Shown here one piece after another: positions 32,460 through 41,776 of a stretch of DNA of 64,000 bases. Origin of the DNA: Candidatus Ozemobacteraceae bacterium. GTDB lineage: Bacteria; Muiribacteriota; Ozemobacteria; Ozemobacterales; Ozemobacteraceae. How positions within the stretch are numbered: position 1 is the first letter of the stretch; each line of letters starts with the position of its first letter. The DNA lies in NCBI GenBank assembly GCA_965140445.1, contig OZ223236.1:5142295-5206294 (forward strand), in the 5' to 3' direction. The notes beneath the pieces were generated by a model. It saw nothing but the letters and a program-made list of their open reading frames with translations. It made no database searches and was not told the origin of the DNA. Both the position numbers and the translations under genes were made by a program.

Positions 32460-32777
32460 CTATACTTCAAATTCGATATCTAACAAAGGAGCATGTTGCT
32501 GCGCTCCATAAATGTCTGTTTCGCCTGGAGCTCCGGATGGTGCCCATCTCTTTATGGTAATTTTGATCGCGTAAGCTGGTTCAAAAGCGATTATTCCAAG
32601 AATGTCCTTTTGGTCTATCTTAAAAAGCCTGCAAACCAATTCTGGATTTATGATTTTCTTTTCTTTGAAAAAATCAAACCACTCGCGGCTTTGAAGAATA
32701 ATGTCAAAAGTCAGTTCGAAAGGGCCGGAGTTTTTAGATCTGATTACTTTTGCAACTTCCCGTATATTCTTTTTCAT
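32460..32777 (-). CDS. DUF4387 family protein
   Basis: VIRSKNSGPFELTFDI ... AIKIT ... SG.PGETDIYGAQQHAPL; ATG 32777 with SD AAGGAG. Confidence 0.85.
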   Translation of the reverse strand: MKKNIREVAKVIRSKNSGPFELTFDIILQSREWFDFFKEKKIINPELVCRLFKIDQKDILGIIAFEPAYAIKITIKRWAPSGAPGETDIYGAQQHAPLLDIEFEV

Positions 32778-32788
32778 TGTTATCTCCT

Positions 32789-34156
32789 TTAGCCCAACTG
32801 CTCTACAACACAAGGAAACAATTCAACTTCATTTGCTTCCATGAGATGATAGAGTGAAAATTCAAATACCTGTCCCATTGGAACATCGGATGGTGAAAAT
32901 GGGAAAGCGAGATTTCCGGCGGTAGAAATTCTTCCTTCATACCCGTAATGCAAAAGAGTCGATCTGGTGACACTACATAAAGTATCTGCCTTATCCTGCG
33001 TTGGACAAAGTGCTTCGATGATTATGCAGATTTCATGAGAATTCATCTGCTCTGTTCTCAGTGGTTCGAGGGGGCCCATAACGCCGTTTTTTCCATATAC
33101 GTGAAAAAAGACCTGCCCATCCAGATTATCATTTGAATTCATCATGGTATTAACCTGAGCGTTAACTTCGTTGAGAATTTTATCAATGCTACCAACCATT
33201 ATTGGATCACGAGTTCCAGCGATACTAACTGCTCTGTACCCAATTCTTCTTGCGCCTTCAAGCTTAATTGTTGAAACATCCGACTTTACGTATTTGCTGC
33301 CTTTGACTTCAACACGTTTTTCATCAAGCTGATTAAACACACAATCGGTTAAATCAAGCATTCCGCCAGGTCCTGGGAGATGATAAGGGTCTGATTTTTC
33401 ATACAAAGTATGTGCGGCGGTTGATTCGCAGGTGAATTTTCGAATTGGATTTAGCGGTTCAAGAATAAAGGAATCCTCGGTCAAAATACCTAGAGCACAG
33501 TCCGCACCAGAGCCTGGAGTAGAAGCAATGGCGGCGCACTCCAGGATTTTTCCCATGTGCATTGCCAAACCAGCATCATATCCAAGAGAAATTGGAAGAG
33601 CAGCGAAAACAGCCGGGTCATAACATCTTCCCGCCAAAACAACCTGGCAACCTTCCTTTAAAGCCGCTATAAGAGGATTTATTCCCATTTGAGCAACTAT
33701 AGCTGCAGACTCTTCAATATGAGCTTCGGTCAGCTCATGAACATAGGTTAAAGGAGTTATTTTGCCTTCAGCTAATGCTTTCTTAACAGTTTCCTTGGAA
33801 ACATCTGCTGGAATGGTTCCAAGCTTAAAAGAAAGCTTTTCTTCTGAGGCTATTTCACGAATAATTTCAGTACACCAATCCAGATGAGGTTTAGCTCCAG
33901 ATCCGCCTGCTGTACCAATCACCACAGGAATATTTCTTTCAACTCCTGCCTTTATCATATATCTAAGATCGCGCTTTACAAAAGCCCTATCAGTAAAAGA
34001 CTTTCCTATGCCAAGATAGTATGGACCGGGATCAGTTGATCCGGCATCGACTGCTATCAAATCAGGATTTCGCGCCATACCTCTTTCAAAGGAGGCTTCT
34101 GGAAATCCATAGCCCAGAATTGCGGTCGGAGATAGAACTTTGAATTCTTTAGTCAT
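32789..34156 (-). CDS. AtuA (DUF1446) family protein
   Basis: LGYGF, DAGSTDPGPYYLG, AGRCYD, GKILEC, AAHTLYEKSDP..L.GPGG. Confidence 0.85.
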   Translation of the reverse strand: MTKEFKVLSPTAILGYGFPEASFERGMARNPDLIAVDAGSTDPGPYYLGIGKSFTDRAFVKRDLRYMIKAGVERNIPVVIGTAGGSGAKPHLDWCTEIIREIASEEKLSFKLGTIPADVSKETVKKALAEGKITPLTYVHELTEAHIEESAAIVAQMGINPLIAALKEGCQVVLAGRCYDPAVFAALPISLGYDAGLAMHMGKILECAAIASTPGSGADCALGILTEDSFILEPLNPIRKFTCESTAAHTLYEKSDPYHLPGPGGMLDLTDCVFNQLDEKRVEVKGSKYVKSDVSTIKLEGARRIGYRAVSIAGTRDPIMVGSIDKILNEVNAQVNTMMNSNDNLDGQVFFHVYGKNGVMGPLEPLRTEQMNSHEICIIIEALCPTQDKADTLCSVTRSTLLHYGYEGRISTAGNLAFPFSPSDVPMGQVFEFSLYHLMEANEVELFPCVVEQLG

Positions 34157-35408
34157 TATCATTTCCCCCTTCTCTCCAGCGTAATACAGAGAGAATTCTT
34201 TCCATTTCATTGTTCACAATTGTCAGGCCTTCATCAAAACCCATACCAGGTTTAGCAAGCATTCTATCAGCTTGAGCAGCGACTGCTAGATGAACACAAA
34301 TTCTTGCTGACACATCAGTTTCGTTACATGTTCCGCCCTGGTAAGCCTCAACCCCAAATTTCTTACAATAAAGAACGCTTTCTACAATATTTTGAATTCC
34401 ACCTAGATCGGGAGTCTTGATTTGAACCATGTGACAGGCTTTTGCGTCAACAAAATCACGAACATCTTCGTAGGTATTACACCACTCATCCGCGACGATT
34501 TTAACCCCGGAACCTTTCTCTTCAAGGCCTTTAACGATAGCAGCCAGAACTTCTATGGTTTTGGCTTTTTCTTCCATATCAACAGGACCTTCAATGTACA
34601 AAGGAAGACCATCTGCATCAGCTTCCAATGAAGCAAGATACTCTACAATCCGAGGGATATCATATTCAAAAGCCAGTCCAATTGTGCCATAAACATCAAG
34701 ATGTAAAGCGGGTTTATAACTATCATTTACCCTGAGTGCCTTAACCCTTGAAGCCAGCCACTTAATGTATTCGCGAAGCTTTTCGCCATCACGACCAAGT
34801 TTGGTTTCAATGTTGTTTATAAGGCCATGTGGCAAAACTTCCACACCCTTCAAAATCATCTTATCAACGTTTTCATAGCGATTATCTCCACATTGTCCAA
34901 AAACAGGCACTCTTTCGGTGACAACGGGAAGATTATATTCTTTACAAATAACTTCGGCAGGTAGAACATGAAGCTCTTTTGCTCTTGCATCAAGTAAAGC
35001 CTGAGACAAGCCGTATCTAATTGCGGTATGGAGACGTTTGCCATCCACTTCGAGTGACATAAATTTTTCTACCATGCTACGAAATGATTCAATTTCCATT
35101 CCCTCAAGAAGTGGTCTTAAGTGAGTCTTAAGATATGGAATGTACTCTTCGGCAAGGAATAAGGGATCTCGTCCACCAGCTCCTGAATACTGGACAGCAG
35201 CACATTCTCCAAGCGCGATCTGCCCATCTTCAAGCACTAACTGCACAGAGATACTCTGTCCCGCTTCTCTTATTCTAGTGAATTTAGGGGTAACGGTTTC
35301 ACCAACATACACAAATCCATCGTTGGTTGCTCCTTTTTTGATTGCTCTCTGATCATCAAAAAAGAATGCTGAAACTCCAGGTGAAAATAAGGCTTTTATA
35401 ATTTTCAT
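34149..35408 (-). CDS. mal: Methylaspartate ammonia-lyase
   Basis: FFDDQRAIK, AVQYSGAGGRDPLF, HTAIRYG, LPHGLIN, VADEWCNT, QIKTPDLG, GGTCNETD, KPGMGFDEG. Confidence 0.96.
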   Translation of the reverse strand: MKIIKALFSPGVSAFFFDDQRAIKKGATNDGFVYVGETVTPKFTRIREAGQSISVQLVLEDGQIALGECAAVQYSGAGGRDPLFLAEEYIPYLKTHLRPLLEGMEIESFRSMVEKFMSLEVDGKRLHTAIRYGLSQALLDARAKELHVLPAEVICKEYNLPVVTERVPVFGQCGDNRYENVDKMILKGVEVLPHGLINNIETKLGRDGEKLREYIKWLASRVKALRVNDSYKPALHLDVYGTIGLAFEYDIPRIVEYLASLEADADGLPLYIEGPVDMEEKAKTIEVLAAIVKGLEEKGSGVKIVADEWCNTYEDVRDFVDAKACHMVQIKTPDLGGIQNIVESVLYCKKFGVEAYQGGTCNETDVSARICVHLAVAAQADRMLAKPGMGFDEGLTIVNNEMERILSVLRWREGGNDND

Positions 35409-36850
35409 TTTGGTCTACCTACCAGTTTTCCTTTGCTAATAGCATAAATGTCATCTGTAACCATCTGGAAACAAACGCTACGGCCTTCTGCTTTTGCTCG
35501 AGCTTCAAGTCTTTCGGAGTGGAAATCTATGATTTCTTTAGAAAGGGGAAGGTTTCCTTTATTGAAAACGCGGATAAAACCTTCATCATCTCTCATCGGA
35601 AGAATTTTTCCGTGATTACACATAGCTGGAGCGAAAGGCACATCCAAAGCTCCAGATTCAAAACCAGGCACGATACCAGCTTCTATATCTCCATAGCCAA
35701 GTTCATAAACCTTATCAAGCAAACATTTTACTTCAGCTTTAATAATTGTTATTTCTCTTTCAAGCTCAGGTCCGCGTGGGAATCTCTGATCAGAAAGCAT
35801 GTTAACAATCTGTCTTGTAGCCTTTAAGCCTTGAGCATTAGCTTCTTTTGTTGGAATACCCATAGCTTCATGAGGTGATTTAACAATAACCTTTTCAGCT
35901 TTTGCCAAACTTGCAACTGTTGCTCCCCAACAAATAACCGAGAATGCCTTTGCCTCTTCTTCCGGGAAACCACCCATCCATTGATGGAAAACACTTGTAA
36001 GTTCATAATCAGAAAAGTTTTCTTTGGCAAAATACTCATGGGCAATTTCTTTTAAAGCGATCATGGCGGCGAGGTCCTGAATAAGATTTCCACCTTGTCC
36101 ATAGCCAAGAGTTATCGATTTTACTCCCTGCCTTAATGCAAGAATTCCCTCAAGCACTGCTACAGTGATAGCAACAAAAGGGGGAACCAAAGTACCTGTT
36201 AATGGTCCAAAAGGTTCGCGATTGATTGAAACTCCATTCTCCTCATACCAGCCAACAAGGCGATCAACATATTTCCAATCTTCAATAGACTTCTTCAAGG
36301 AAACCTTTTTGGCATATGGAATGTTGTAACTGATTCCGCCGCCTTCGTAGCTGGTAAAACCAGCTGCCAAAGTGATTTCAGCAAGAAGCCTTGCATCTGG
36401 AGTACCATGTCGAACTTGAATTGGAGATTTTACCGCTTCTACAACTCTTCTACATGCTTCCAGGCCGTGATTAACAGCTGGAAATCCATTTAGGAGAGAA
36501 GTTTTAGCTTCATAGGACTTTTTAATGCCCTCAGCAGCTTCCTGATAGCGATTCTGGCGAGTATATGCATCAATGGTTGTTGGAAGCAAATCTGCTTCGC
36601 CCTGAGTTTCCAGATATTGGAGTAATTTAATGTGTTCATCGACAAGAGCTACCCCAGCTCTTGGTTGTAGCAGGACTCTTCCTTCATCTGAGGCTTTTTT
36701 CATCGCCTTGGCAAAGTTTTTTTCTTGTGGGATTGATTTTTGGTATGCCAAACCGTCTTCGAGTTTGAGACCTTCGCCGGTTGGCCAGGTTTTTAAAATT
36801 TCCTGTCTGATTGTTTCGAATTGTTCAAAAGGTATCTTAGTGGCACTCAC
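35405..36850 (-). CDS. glmE: Glutamate (methylaspartate) mutase epsilon subunit
   Basis: QPRAGV, LPTTIDAYTRQNRY, LNGFPAVNHG, QVRHGTPDARLL, EGGGISYNIPYAK, HQWMGGFP; probable GTG start at 36850 (SD AAGGAG), ORF open from 36883. Confidence 0.96.
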   Translation of the reverse strand: MSATKIPFEQFETIRQEILKTWPTGEGLKLEDGLAYQKSIPQEKNFAKAMKKASDEGRVLLQPRAGVALVDEHIKLLQYLETQGEADLLPTTIDAYTRQNRYQEAAEGIKKSYEAKTSLLNGFPAVNHGLEACRRVVEAVKSPIQVRHGTPDARLLAEITLAAGFTSYEGGGISYNIPYAKKVSLKKSIEDWKYVDRLVGWYEENGVSINREPFGPLTGTLVPPFVAITVAVLEGILALRQGVKSITLGYGQGGNLIQDLAAMIALKEIAHEYFAKENFSDYELTSVFHQWMGGFPEEEAKAFSVICWGATVASLAKAEKVIVKSPHEAMGIPTKEANAQGLKATRQIVNMLSDQRFPRGPELEREITIIKAEVKCLLDKVYELGYGDIEAGIVPGFESGALDVPFAPAMCNHGKILPMRDDEGFIRVFNKGNLPLSKEIIDFHSERLEARAKAEGRSVCFQMVTDDIYAISKGKLVGRPK

Positions 36851-38312
36851 GTTGCAATGACTCCTTGCTAAGGGAATTTTCATCTTGTCCCGCTGCTTTT
36901 AGCGGAGCAAATAGATTAGAAACTGCCAGCTCAGCAGCAGCTTCGGGGAATTGTGTCGCAATGTTACCGAGAAGAGGCCATAAGTAAGGCCTATCAACAA
37001 AGCAGTGCGGGTTTTCAGGGGCAAGAATCATAGTTTCTCCCTGATTCAAAGAGTCAGAAGAAATGGCCAGATCATAAAGATCCTTTCCACAATTTTTGGC
37101 CGAATATCCGCCTGTTAAAACTATTTTGGGAACTGCTCTGAGGTCTTTTCCTCTTTGCAGCCACACCTTTCCACCTGGGGTCCAGGATTTCTCCATTCGC
37201 CCGGCATGTCTAATAACTGCGTGTCGAAGACACCCAGTCGCCATAATTTCGTCTAATTTACTTTCACAAGGGCTTTGCGGAAGTACGGAAGCATTTTTAC
37301 AAATAGTTGAAACCCACGTTTCAAGATCATTTAAGAAAGGCTCACCTAAGCTTTCGGACTTCTCAAACTCTTCCTTTAGAATAAAATAAAGGGATTGTGC
37401 GCTGATTCTCATGCCCAAATCGCCTTCTACGGATCGTTTAGCTACCGGCTCAGTGATTCCTCTCAAAATGACAGAATCACCGCCTTTAAGAGGCTCTGAA
37501 TAAGAATAAACATCGGTAGTGGCTCCGCCTGTGTCTACCACGACAAGCTCCGACCATTCCCGATTCTTTTTGGCTACTGTTTTTACCAACTCAAGCATTG
37601 CTCTTGGCGTAGGCGAAGGCTTGGTGCCAAAATAACTGACCAGCTCCTCAAGGCCCTTCCCCTTAACTATGGTTTGCAAAAACTCTTTTTGAATTGCTTC
37701 CCTGGCTGCTTCTCCCTCAAATTTTCCAATATCAGGCATTACATTGGGTACAATAATCAGCTTTTTGTTTTCCAGGATTTCTGAAATTTCATCTTGAATT
37801 TGATTATTTCCAGCATAAATAATGGTCCCGGAGAAGTTTGAAGAAGCCAGACGATTTGCGTTTCTAATCCCGGTTTTTTCATGTCCACCATCTGTACCGC
37901 CACAGAAAAGAAGAATATCAGGATTTTCTCTTTCTATTTGTTCAACAGAATCTTTTGTCAAACCATATGAAATAGCTGAAATCACTCTTGCCCCAGCTGA
38001 CCAGGCCACAAGCCTGCCAATTTGTAACGATAGTTCGGGGACCAGACCAAGAACTGAAATTCTAAGTCCCCCTTTTGCGGAGGATGAGAAAAAAACTTCT
38101 GGCAGGCCATTTTTGTCAGGAATTGGATCTGAATCATTTAGAGACAACAGACTTCGAAGCACTTTAAATGCAGCTTCAGGAAGATTTTCCGTTGTTGTTG
38201 GAAACGCAGCCTGATTTAGCAGTTTAGCTTCTTTCTTGCCTATAGAGAATAAGGCTCCCTTTGTGAAAGTTGAGCCAATATCTATGCTGATAACAGATCG
38301 ATTACCGTTCAT
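36837..38312 (-). CDS. glmL: Glutamate mutase accessory / reactivating factor GlmL (MutL)
   Basis: DIGSTFTK, SSAKGGL, GGTDGG, PTP.A, DTGGATTDVYS, KRSVEGDLGMR, RHAG, TGG. Confidence 0.92.
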   Translation of the reverse strand: MNGNRSVISIDIGSTFTKGALFSIGKKEAKLLNQAAFPTTTENLPEAAFKVLRSLLSLNDSDPIPDKNGLPEVFFSSSAKGGLRISVLGLVPELSLQIGRLVAWSAGARVISAISYGLTKDSVEQIERENPDILLFCGGTDGGHEKTGIRNANRLASSNFSGTIIYAGNNQIQDEISEILENKKLIIVPNVMPDIGKFEGEAAREAIQKEFLQTIVKGKGLEELVSYFGTKPSPTPRAMLELVKTVAKKNREWSELVVVDTGGATTDVYSYSEPLKGGDSVILRGITEPVAKRSVEGDLGMRISAQSLYFILKEEFEKSESLGEPFLNDLETWVSTICKNASVLPQSPCESKLDEIMATGCLRHAVIRHAGRMEKSWTPGGKVWLQRGKDLRAVPKIVLTGGYSAKNCGKDLYDLAISSDSLNQGETMILAPENPHCFVDRPYLWPLLGNIATQFPEAAAELAVSNLFAPLKAAGQDENSLSKESLQRECH

Positions 38313-38316
38313 CAAT

Positions 38317-38739
38317 TTAAGCCACTCCACGTTCCTTCAAATCACTTTTAAGAAGTTCAGCGACTTCATTCAAATCGCAATCTGTGCGGAAAACTCTGTC
38401 GTAGCCCATTTTCAAGAATTTCTCCTGAACAACCTCAAATGGAGTTTTCCCCACAACCAGATTGCCGCCAACATAAAGAAGTACGTCATCAAGACCTTTT
38501 TCCTTACATTTCTCCGGAAGTCCGACGCAATCTATTTCTCCATGGCCATAGAGTGATGAGACCAAAATGGCTTTTGCGTCTGTTTCTAATGCAGCATTGA
38601 TAAACTCTTCCTGGCTAGCCATAACGCCAAGGTTAGTTACTTTAAAACCTTGTTCTGTAAAAAATACTTCCAGAATTTTGTTGCCAACAGAATGGCAATC
38701 AAAACCAATAACGCCAAGAACGATCTGTATCGGTTTCAT
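38317..38739 (-). CDS. glmS: Glutamate mutase sigma subunit (B12-binding)
   Basis: GVIG.DCHSVGNK (DxHxxG), SSLYGHGEIDC, YVGGNLVVGK. Confidence 0.96.
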   Translation of the reverse strand: MKPIQIVLGVIGFDCHSVGNKILEVFFTEQGFKVTNLGVMASQEEFINAALETDAKAILVSSLYGHGEIDCVGLPEKCKEKGLDDVLLYVGGNLVVGKTPFEVVQEKFLKMGYDRVFRTDCDLNEVAELLKSDLKERGVA

Positions 38740-38751
38740 ATTAATTTCCGC

Positions 38752-39750
38752 CTACCTGAGATTATTTAATAAACGTTTAATAAGACTCTCAAGATTAACC
38801 AGAGAGCCGGGTTCTATTTGATACTGAAAATGTAGAAGACGACCGCCTGAAAGGCGATACTCCTGCAAAAGTCGCATAAGCTCACTTGGAGCCCCTTTTA
38901 AGAAAGTCTGAGGCACCACAAGCGTAGAACAACCATGCAAAAATTCAGAAAAATCTTTACCAGCGCCAATTTGAAAAGATCGACACTTTTTGGATGGATA
39001 AAATTTTGAAATCCAGCCACGGACAATCTCGCAAAACTTATCACTGTAATAAAGGATTCCAGCAGATGAGCTTTCTCCAAGCTGACCAAGTTCCACCATT
39101 GTTTCAGTCGAAGGAGCAACCCCAACCTGAACAAGTTTATCGCCCAATCCTGGAGCTAATTGCTTTAATTCAGAGTAATGATTAGTCGTAGTTACAATCA
39201 AATCAAAGGCTTCTAGAATCTTTTCCGGCTGCCGTTCAAGCTTTAAATCTTCAAGCTCAAAGCGACTTACATTCAACTGATTCAGCAATGAAATTTGTTT
39301 TTGATATACTTCCAATGCTTCTGGGTTGCAATCAACAGCAGCGATTGTGAATGCAGCACAAATCTCCTCTCTCTGGGCGATATGAGAAGAAAACAGGTTG
39401 GAAATTTCTTTATGACTGAAGCCAAACTCTTCCAGTTTTGAAATCAATTCAGCAATAGCTTCTTCAGCAAGCTTTAAGCGACTAGAAGAATCCGGACTGT
39501 AAAAATCCGAGACATAAGTCCCTTTTCCTCTGACAGTAACAGCAAATCTGGCTTGAATTAATCTCTCATAGGCTTTTTTAACAGTTCCACGTGATAATCC
39601 CAACTCTTCGGCAAGATCTCTTTCCGAGGGAAGTTTTGTACACGAAATAATCTCACCAGATTTGATATTATCTATCAACTGGTCGCTCAACTGCTTATAA
39701 ACAGGAGCGCTGGAAGCCGCTTGCAATTTAATTAAGTTAGAAAAATTCAT
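38752..39750 (-). CDS. GntR-family transcriptional regulator heading the operon
   Basis: PVYKQL...KLPSERDLAEELGLSRGTVKKAY..L...RGKGTYV plus a ~250-aa C-terminal domain. Confidence 0.9.
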   Translation of the reverse strand: MNFSNLIKLQAASSAPVYKQLSDQLIDNIKSGEIISCTKLPSERDLAEELGLSRGTVKKAYERLIQARFAVTVRGKGTYVSDFYSPDSSSRLKLAEEAIAELISKLEEFGFSHKEISNLFSSHIAQREEICAAFTIAAVDCNPEALEVYQKQISLLNQLNVSRFELEDLKLERQPEKILEAFDLIVTTTNHYSELKQLAPGLGDKLVQVGVAPSTETMVELGQLGESSSAGILYYSDKFCEIVRGWISKFYPSKKCRSFQIGAGKDFSEFLHGCSTLVVPQTFLKGAPSELMRLLQEYRLSGGRLLHFQYQIEPGSLVNLESLIKRLLNNLR

Positions 39751-39772
39751 AGTGGTCTACTCCACAAAGCCC

Positions 39773-39801
39773 AAAATATACCATAGCCTTTTTATTGTCA
39801 A
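39773..39801 (-). promoter_or_regulatory. Sigma70-type promoter for the GntR/glm operon
   Basis: Minus strand TTGACA (39801-39796), 17-nt spacer, TATTTT (39778-39773); overlapping TGGTATATT could act as an extended -10. Confidence 0.55.
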
Positions 39802-39845
39802 TTTTTTCCAACAAAAATTCATCGATTCCTCAAAAAATTTCAATC

Positions 39846-39898
39846 ATTCTAAAAGCAAAAAAACTCTCCAAAATGGAGAGTTTTTTTGCTTTTAGAAT
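39846..39898 (-). terminator. Perfect 25-bp inverted repeat, terminator
   Basis: ATTCTAAAAGCAAAAAAACTCTCCA-aaa-TGGAGAGTTTTTTTGCTTTTAGAAT directly after the stop at 39899. Confidence 0.85.
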
Positions 39899-40414
39899 CT
39901 AGTAGTCTTCGCCGAATTCATCGAAATCATCAGAATAATCGTCATCCAGGAATTCATCATCTTCATCAGAAAAGCCGTGCTGAGCCAACCAATCATCAGC
40001 CGCATCCGTTTTCTTTTTTGCCCCACCAACTCGAATCTTAGAAACAGTTTCCGATTTTCCACCGCCTCGACTATAGCCGCACTTACATTTCTTCTTAGTC
40101 CCTATTTCTCTGGCGCACTCGGGGCAAAAACGGCTCATCTTTTCTTCGACAACTTTTTTAATCTTCTTCTGCTCAAGTTGTTTGGCAAGCTTCAAAAAAT
40201 CCTCTTTTTCTGTCTGATCAGAGGAGGAATCAACCATATCTTCAAACTTTTCAGCATAATCCGGATTCTCTTCAAGATATTTGTCAAAAGCCTCTCTTGG
40301 GCCATCTGTTTCTCTCCACAGATGCGAATACGGATACAACGGCTCTTCCTCAAGAAACTTATCGCATAAAGCCATAAATTCCTTTTCCCATTCATCGAAC
40401 GACATCTTCTTCAT
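39899..40414 (-). CDS. Hypothetical protein with a small zinc ribbon and very acidic C-terminal tail
   Basis: CPEC-x9-CKCG; tail DEDDEFLDDDYSDDFDEFGEDY; SD AGGGG. Confidence 0.7.
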   Translation of the reverse strand: MKKMSFDEWEKEFMALCDKFLEEEPLYPYSHLWRETDGPREAFDKYLEENPDYAEKFEDMVDSSSDQTEKEDFLKLAKQLEQKKIKKVVEEKMSRFCPECAREIGTKKKCKCGYSRGGGKSETVSKIRVGGAKKKTDAADDWLAQHGFSDEDDEFLDDDYSDDFDEFGEDY

Positions 40415-40522
40415 AAAAGCCCCTTTGAGCAGAGATTACTACGTTTAAATATATTTATTTTTTTCAAGAATGACTAGGCAATTTCTCTATTCTTTTTAAA
40501 ATTTGCTTTACCAAACCTGAAT

Positions 40523-41764
40523 TCAGCCTTTGATAACCCCAATAGGCTTCAACCTTACGACAGGTTCCACAAGATCCAATTCGGAGCTAATTACAGTCTC
40601 TATATCCTTATATGCCTGAGGAGCTTCACCGAAATCATAAAGAATTCCTTTAGATTTTCGTTTTCGAGAACCTCCACCAGCTTTTGACCATCGATCAAAA
40701 ACCACACCCTCCATCGCAGCATCACATTCTTCAAGAGTCAACTTCCTGCTGGCTTCATTCCTTCCCATCTTTCTACCAGCCCCATGCGAACAAGAACAAA
40801 AAGACTCCGGATTACCAAGCCCGCGAACAATAAAGGACATAGCCCCCATACTTCCAGGAATTATTCCAAGTTGTCCTTTTTGAGCTGAAGTTGCTCCTTT
40901 TCTATGAATCCAGAGCTCCCGATCAAAATGCTTTTCTAAGGCCGCATAATTATGATGGATATTTATCTCTTCGCAGAATGCTGCTTCAGGGTAGGCTTCA
41001 AGAATTGCCCTTTTAAATTCTTCCATCATCAGGCGTCGATTTTCGCTAGCGTATCTTAAGGCAAAATTCATATCCCGAACATAATTCTGCCCTTCTTGTG
41101 AATCCAACGGCAAAAAAGCAAGATCCGGCGAGGGAAGCTCTGTACACCACTTGTCGTTTAACTCTTGAGCCAATTTGTGATAAAAATTTGCTATTCTATA
41201 GCCAAGATTTCTTGAGCCGGAATGAAGCATCATCCAGATATCTTGAGTATCTGAAACCTGCAACTCTATGAAATGATTCCCCCCTCCAAGCGTTCCAAGG
41301 TTTTTCCGATCACGCGCAACTCCCTCCAAATCAATCCAGCCCGGTGAGTTTCCAAGAATTTCAGATTCAAATTCTTCGAATCCAACCCAATCTTTTCGCT
41401 TTTTATGACTATTTCCCTCTCCCACCGGAACTGTTTTCTTTATTTCATCAAGAACACGACGAATTAATCTTTTCTCACCAAAAGATTCAACCCTCAAATT
41501 TGTCTTTACCGCTCCCATCCCACAGCCAATATCAACTCCAACAGCGTTAGGAATTACTGCATTTTTACAAGCTATCACTCCCCCAATTGGCATTCCATAG
41601 CCAACATGGCAATCAGGCATAAGAGCTACGTGCTGAGCCACGACTGGGTGAGCGGACAAATTTGAAGCCTGCAGCAAAGCCTCTGGTTCAATTTCATTGC
41701 ACCAGGATTTTATTGGAACTCTAGCCTCTTTCGAAATACTTTTCTTATCTTTAATCCATTCCAT
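40523..41764 (-). CDS. rtcB: RNA ligase RtcB
   Basis: MPDCHVGYGMPIG, GVDIGCG, GGGNHFIE, HSGSR, HHNY, HRKGAT, SHGAGR, EAPQAYK, IKG; ATG 41764 with SD GGAGG. Confidence 0.97.
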   Translation of the reverse strand: MEWIKDKKSISKEARVPIKSWCNEIEPEALLQASNLSAHPVVAQHVALMPDCHVGYGMPIGGVIACKNAVIPNAVGVDIGCGMGAVKTNLRVESFGEKRLIRRVLDEIKKTVPVGEGNSHKKRKDWVGFEEFESEILGNSPGWIDLEGVARDRKNLGTLGGGNHFIELQVSDTQDIWMMLHSGSRNLGYRIANFYHKLAQELNDKWCTELPSPDLAFLPLDSQEGQNYVRDMNFALRYASENRRLMMEEFKRAILEAYPEAAFCEEINIHHNYAALEKHFDRELWIHRKGATSAQKGQLGIIPGSMGAMSFIVRGLGNPESFCSCSHGAGRKMGRNEASRKLTLEECDAAMEGVVFDRWSKAGGGSRKRKSKGILYDFGEAPQAYKDIETVISSELDLVEPVVRLKPIGVIKG

Positions 41765-41776
41765 AATGGCCTCCAA

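Noticed and set aside
39751..39898. Cobalamin riboswitch ahead of the B12-dependent mutase operon
   Set aside because: The interval is short, taken up by a promoter and terminator, and has no B12-box.
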